A DNA stretch of 64,000 nucleotides. Origin: Candidatus Kapaibacterium sp. GTDB lineage: Bacteria; Bacteroidota; Ignavibacteria; Kapaibacteriales; UBA2268. Positions 60,648-64,000 of the stretch are shown in pieces. The notes below the pieces were generated by a model. The model had not been told where the DNA came from, ran no database searches, and worked only from the letters and a program-made list of their open reading frames with translations. Position numbers and translations under genes: made by a program. Every line of letters starts with the position of its first letter. Within the stretch, counting starts at the first letter, position 1. The stretch lies in the NCBI GenBank assembly GCA_963664875.1, contig OY761611.1, positions 2,688,001-2,752,000 of the forward strand, read 5' to 3'.

Positions 60648-60757
60648 GTAATAAGCACAGGTCGCAAAAAATACCACAAATCCGACAAGTTATATATAAA
60701 CAAATTTGGATAGACTAAAAAGCCTATCCAAACCCAAAGAAAAAACACTTTAGAGAC

Positions 60758-60895
60758 TTAAGCGACTGACACTTTATGACGTCCTTTTGCGCGACGACGA
60801 TTGAGTAGCTTGCGTCCGTTTTTAGTTGCCATACGAGCTCTGAAACCATGTTTGTTTGCTCTTTTGCGGCGACTTGGCTGATATGTTCTTTTCAT
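60758..60895 (-). CDS. rpmH: 50S ribosomal protein L34 (absent from the ORF track)
   Basis: [45 protein letters not shown]. Confidence 0.97.
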   Translation of the reverse strand: MKRTYQPSRRKRANKHGFRARMATKNGRKLLNRRRAKGRHKVSVA

Positions 60896-61054
60896 TACAT
60901 CACCTTTGATTTGAATATCTTACAATTTATTTTCTTTATTATAGTTACGCTAAGTTAGAGAACTACAAATTTATAAAAAAATATTGTATTCAAGAAATAT
61001 TTTTGCACAATTTTCGAATCAAATTTTTTTACGAGCACAAATATAGAAAAGAAA

Positions 61055-61753
61055 TTATAAATCTACATACTCAAATCTGCCTTTTTTCCCGTCATAAAGG
61101 CATAAAGTCCCTGCCAATGGCTCGCCAAGGCCGGTAATTATTTTTATACATTCAAGCGCCTGCATCGAACCTATTATGCCGGGTAAGGCTCCGAGCACTC
61201 CTATTCTTTTGGTCTCTGTTGTTGCTTCCGGAAAAACATCTCTATAGGACGGAGCATCTCCATAGTTGAAGACAGACAGCTGACCTCCAAACTCGGAAAT
61301 TGAACCATAAACATAAGGTATATGCTCTTTGCGGCAATAATCATCGATAATGTATCGGGTTTCAAAATTGTCGGTGCCGTCAACTATTATATCAAATCCC
61401 TCAAAAAGTTTGCTGCTATTTGATTCGTCCAACCTATGGCTATAAACATCAAAAGCAGTGTAAGATGATAGCATCTTCAATTTTGATGCTGCTGCCTCTG
61501 CCTTGCTTTTGCCGAGCATTGACTCGTCGTAAAGCACTTGCCTTTGCAGATTGCTCAGACTTACTTTATCGTCATCGACGATGCCGATGCTGCCTACGCC
61601 TGCGGCTGTCAGATAAAGTAAATTTGGAGAGCCAAGTCCGCCGGCTCCGACCACTAATACAGAAGCTTTTTTGAGCTTAATTTGGTGCTCTTCTTCAAAG
61701 CCCGGGATTAGTAAATGGCGATTATACCTTTCCAAATCATAAATCGGCTGCAT
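61055..61753 (-). CDS. ThiF/MoeB/HesA family adenylyltransferase
   Basis: RY.RH, VGAGGLGS, D.D.VSLSNLQRQ, DGTDNF.TRY, GVLG.LPGIIG.MQA. Confidence 0.9.
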   Translation of the reverse strand: MQPIYDLERYNRHLLIPGFEEEHQIKLKKASVLVVGAGGLGSPNLLYLTAAGVGSIGIVDDDKVSLSNLQRQVLYDESMLGKSKAEAAASKLKMLSSYTAFDVYSHRLDESNSSKLFEGFDIIVDGTDNFETRYIIDDYCRKEHIPYVYGSISEFGGQLSVFNYGDAPSYRDVFPEATTETKRIGVLGALPGIIGSMQALECIKIITGLGEPLAGTLCLYDGKKGRFEYVDL

Positions 61754-62105
61754 AGCATCACCTTATAATGTAGATATACACACACTCTTAAAAATAAGAA
61801 TTTACCGGATAAGCAGCATACAAAAAATGCTTGCGTCTTCATTCTGCAGCAAAAAAATGCAAATCTGTACGCAAGTGTGTTGTTTCTAATTGCTTTTAGC
61901 TTATCTATTCCCTAATTATTTCAATACCATCTATGATTTTTTGAAATGTCGTGTCATCCGCAGGAGTATAATGGTATTTTGATATGCTCACTTCAAGTGT
62001 AAAATCTCTGTCTTTTAACATCAATTACTCCACCAACACCAAATGCATCTCCAAAATCTGACTTAGTTTTTAAAAGTTGGATTGCTAATGTCAAAATGAT
62101 ACAAA

Positions 62106-62741
62106 TTATTGTTGACTAATTTGCCAGTAAATAGAATATTGCTCCCCAAGTCCAATTAAATATTTAAAATTACTAAAAACGATATGGTAGTAATTAGTAT
62201 CTGCCAAAGTAAATTTAGCTATTTCAGATTCTTGGTTTGTTATAATTTTGTTATTTAATAGTTTATTAACAATTGCATCAGCTTGTGTATTCTGACCTTT
62301 TATTGTGAGAGCAATTATGTAAGGAATAAATTCTTTAGGTTTATAACCAGTGCTATCAATTAAAAAGTCTTTATGTCGGTCAATTATCGGATTCAATAAA
62401 CTATCTACTTTATTTTGTTGTTGTTGTTTTGAGTAGGCAATAGCATCCAAAATTGCTATACCTTCTTGCGAAAACATATATCTAATATCTTCTAAAAATA
62501 TATGTATACTCTCATAGTCTTCTAAATTGTAGAGAGCTAAATATTTGAATTTGTAAACTTCGGGTCTAAAGAGAGAATCTTCAGATAGAATTTCATCAGC
62601 ATAATTCACAACTTTCATAGAACTTTCTGATAATTTGCTGCCACCCATATTAGACAGTTTTACTAACTCATCATATTTCTCTTCAATTGACACACTACAT
62701 GCAGAGAGTAATAAAATCAAAACAAAATAAATCTTATTCAT
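62106..62741 (-). CDS. Hypothetical helical lipoprotein
   Basis: Lipobox LSAC; weak similarity to 62734-63366. Confidence 0.7.
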   Translation of the reverse strand: MNKIYFVLILLLSACSVSIEEKYDELVKLSNMGGSKLSESSMKVVNYADEILSEDSLFRPEVYKFKYLALYNLEDYESIHIFLEDIRYMFSQEGIAILDAIAYSKQQQQNKVDSLLNPIIDRHKDFLIDSTGYKPKEFIPYIIALTIKGQNTQADAIVNKLLNNKIITNQESEIAKFTLADTNYYHIVFSNFKYLIGLGEQYSIYWQISQQ

Positions 62742-63366
62742 TATTCAATGCCTCATCTTTGAAAAGTAGCAAATCCAGAAAATTGTTTGGATTTAGAAAC
62801 TTAGTTCCTGGTTGCAAAATATTATGTTCAAAACGTTTTAAAGTAGAGCTACTTATATTACCGTCGGATACTAGTCTATCAAGTAATACTCGAGCTTCTT
62901 CCCTTCTATCAGTAAGCATTTCCGTCATTAGGAATAAATATAACTTTTTAGAGTCAATTGATTTATCAGGTCTATGATAATTTTCTACTTTTTTGCGCAT
63001 TGGACTCAACACGAAATGTAGCGAATCATATTTAGCTTCATTGTAATAAACAAATGCAGTTAGCATTCTTATCCCAATTTTTGACAGTTTATATTGTTTT
63101 TCCAATTTATGTAGCATATTATGAAGCATATCGAATTGTTCAGCATTTAGCATCAAGTCATAAGCGTATTTAATAGCAACAAAATCTCTGTTATTTTCGA
63201 AAGCTTTATATGCAGACTCTAATGCAGCTTCACAATCTTTTGGCTCCTTACTTTCAATTGCGATTCCATAAAGCTCTTTAAATTCTTGATATTCATCAGT
63301 TTTGCCCGAGCATGAATTGATCACAAACAATAATAGAAATATACAAACATATCTTATTGTATCCAT
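62734..63366 (-). CDS. Hypothetical helical lipoprotein
   Basis: Lipobox INSC; overlaps the next gene by 8 nt. Confidence 0.7.
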   Translation of the reverse strand: MDTIRYVCIFLLLFVINSCSGKTDEYQEFKELYGIAIESKEPKDCEAALESAYKAFENNRDFVAIKYAYDLMLNAEQFDMLHNMLHKLEKQYKLSKIGIRMLTAFVYYNEAKYDSLHFVLSPMRKKVENYHRPDKSIDSKKLYLFLMTEMLTDRREEARVLLDRLVSDGNISSSTLKRFEHNILQPGTKFLNPNNFLDLLLFKDEALNNE

Positions 63367-63387
63367 ATTTACCTCTACTTATTTAAA

Positions 63388-64000
63388 TTAATTTTTTACT
63401 TTAAGTTCTCTCTTATAAAGCAAATCTGACAATGGAGTAGCAGCCCCCTCTGGTTGTTGAATAAAAAATCCCAAAGTATAAGACAATACAATAGAGTTTA
63501 TGTCTTTTGGATAATAGAGTATTACAGATCCTACAAAAGTCCTGCCTGTAGGTATCCATCCCCATGTATTATAAAAATATCTACTTGGTGAATTTGAGTC
63601 ATCCGGTATTGAAGTTGATAAAGGTGCCTCATCTAAAATATCTCCTGCATCATTAGACAAAGTTACAGACCCATAAGGTTCTAACTGAACATCTTTATCT
63701 ATGCCAGCTGTAATCTCTGCAGTCACAAGTATTGAGGTAAGAGATTTAATAGTTCCTTGCCCATAAGCTCTTCCAGTGGCAAAAATGCCCATACCTTCAA
63801 CACCCAAAAAGTTAAATCTTAATTCGCTAGTACTAAAACTTTTACCTTTCATTTCAGACAAATTAAATTCGGCATCATATTGTGACGTATTAAATAAGGA
63901 AATTACACTATTCCACAGATTAGATATAAATCCAATATTAGATCCGTTAGATTTGGCAGAACCATCATCTTTAGAAGCTGGGCACTGTAGTCCCGATAAC
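63388..64000 (-). CDS. C-terminal part of an ORF running off the window edge
   Basis: Frame is open from 63999 (LSGLQCPASKDDGSAKSNG...) to the stop at 63388; the ORF-track start at 63861 is probably internal. Confidence 0.6.
   Translation of the reverse strand, partial: LSGLQCPASKDDGSAKSNGSNIGFISNLWNSVISLFNTSQYDAEFNLSEMKGKSFSTSELRFNFLGVEGMGIFATGRAYGQGTIKSLTSILVTAEITAGIDKDVQLEPYGSVTLSNDAGDILDEAPLSTSIPDDSNSPSRYFYNTWGWIPTGRTFVGSVILYYPKDINSIVLSYTLGFFIQQPEGAATPLSDLLYKRELKVKN

Noticed and set aside
60896-61054. oriC next to rpmH
   Set aside because: No dnaA is adjacent and I saw no TTATCCACA-type DnaA boxes.
61754-61900. TPP or Moco riboswitch upstream of the thiF/moeB-like gene
   Set aside because: There is a weak hairpin only, with no conserved riboswitch core recognised.
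475-62977. Numerous 60-210 aa ORFs overlapping or antisense to confident genes (e.g. 38863-39468, 49699-50256, 53497-54129)
   Set aside because: Shadow ORFs arising from codon bias of the real genes; no recognisable motifs.
1-64000. CRISPR array, IS elements, prophage
   Set aside because: No regularly spaced direct repeats, cas, transposase or phage genes were recognised.

Overview
AT-rich chromosomal window from an FCB-group bacterium, most consistent with a Kapabacteria/Ignavibacteria-like lineage (inferred from T9SS C-terminal sorting domains together with flagellar flhB and Shine-Dalgarno use). Most genes are housekeeping: ftsL-ftsI, ruvB, ybeY-smg-tRNA-Arg(CCT), recX, lolD-dapB, pheT-zapA-6S RNA-rny, ppdK, purE, tex and rpmH-rnpA-yidD-yidC. 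The best candidate for an undescribed system is an envelope regulon. An ECF sigma factor (29129-29698) is paired with an anti-sigma protein that appears to span both membranes (29704-30900). The same bipartite motif, TG(T/A)AAC-N16-TGTTAT, lies upstream of the sigma gene and of each of two tandem ~1.8 kaa T9SS-secreted paralogs, which share a body but have unrelated N-terminal domains. Other oddities are a strong T-to-A synonymous skew in the second giant gene, a 1259-aa coiled coil in the ZapB position with a 252-bp (12-heptad) duplication, a Fic protein with a degenerate active site, an orphan flhB, a tRNA sharing a base with a stop codon, and a pRiA4b-ORF3 pseudogene. I saw no CRISPR array, integrase, transposase or reverse transcriptase. 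All calls come from reading the sequence; no database searches were run.
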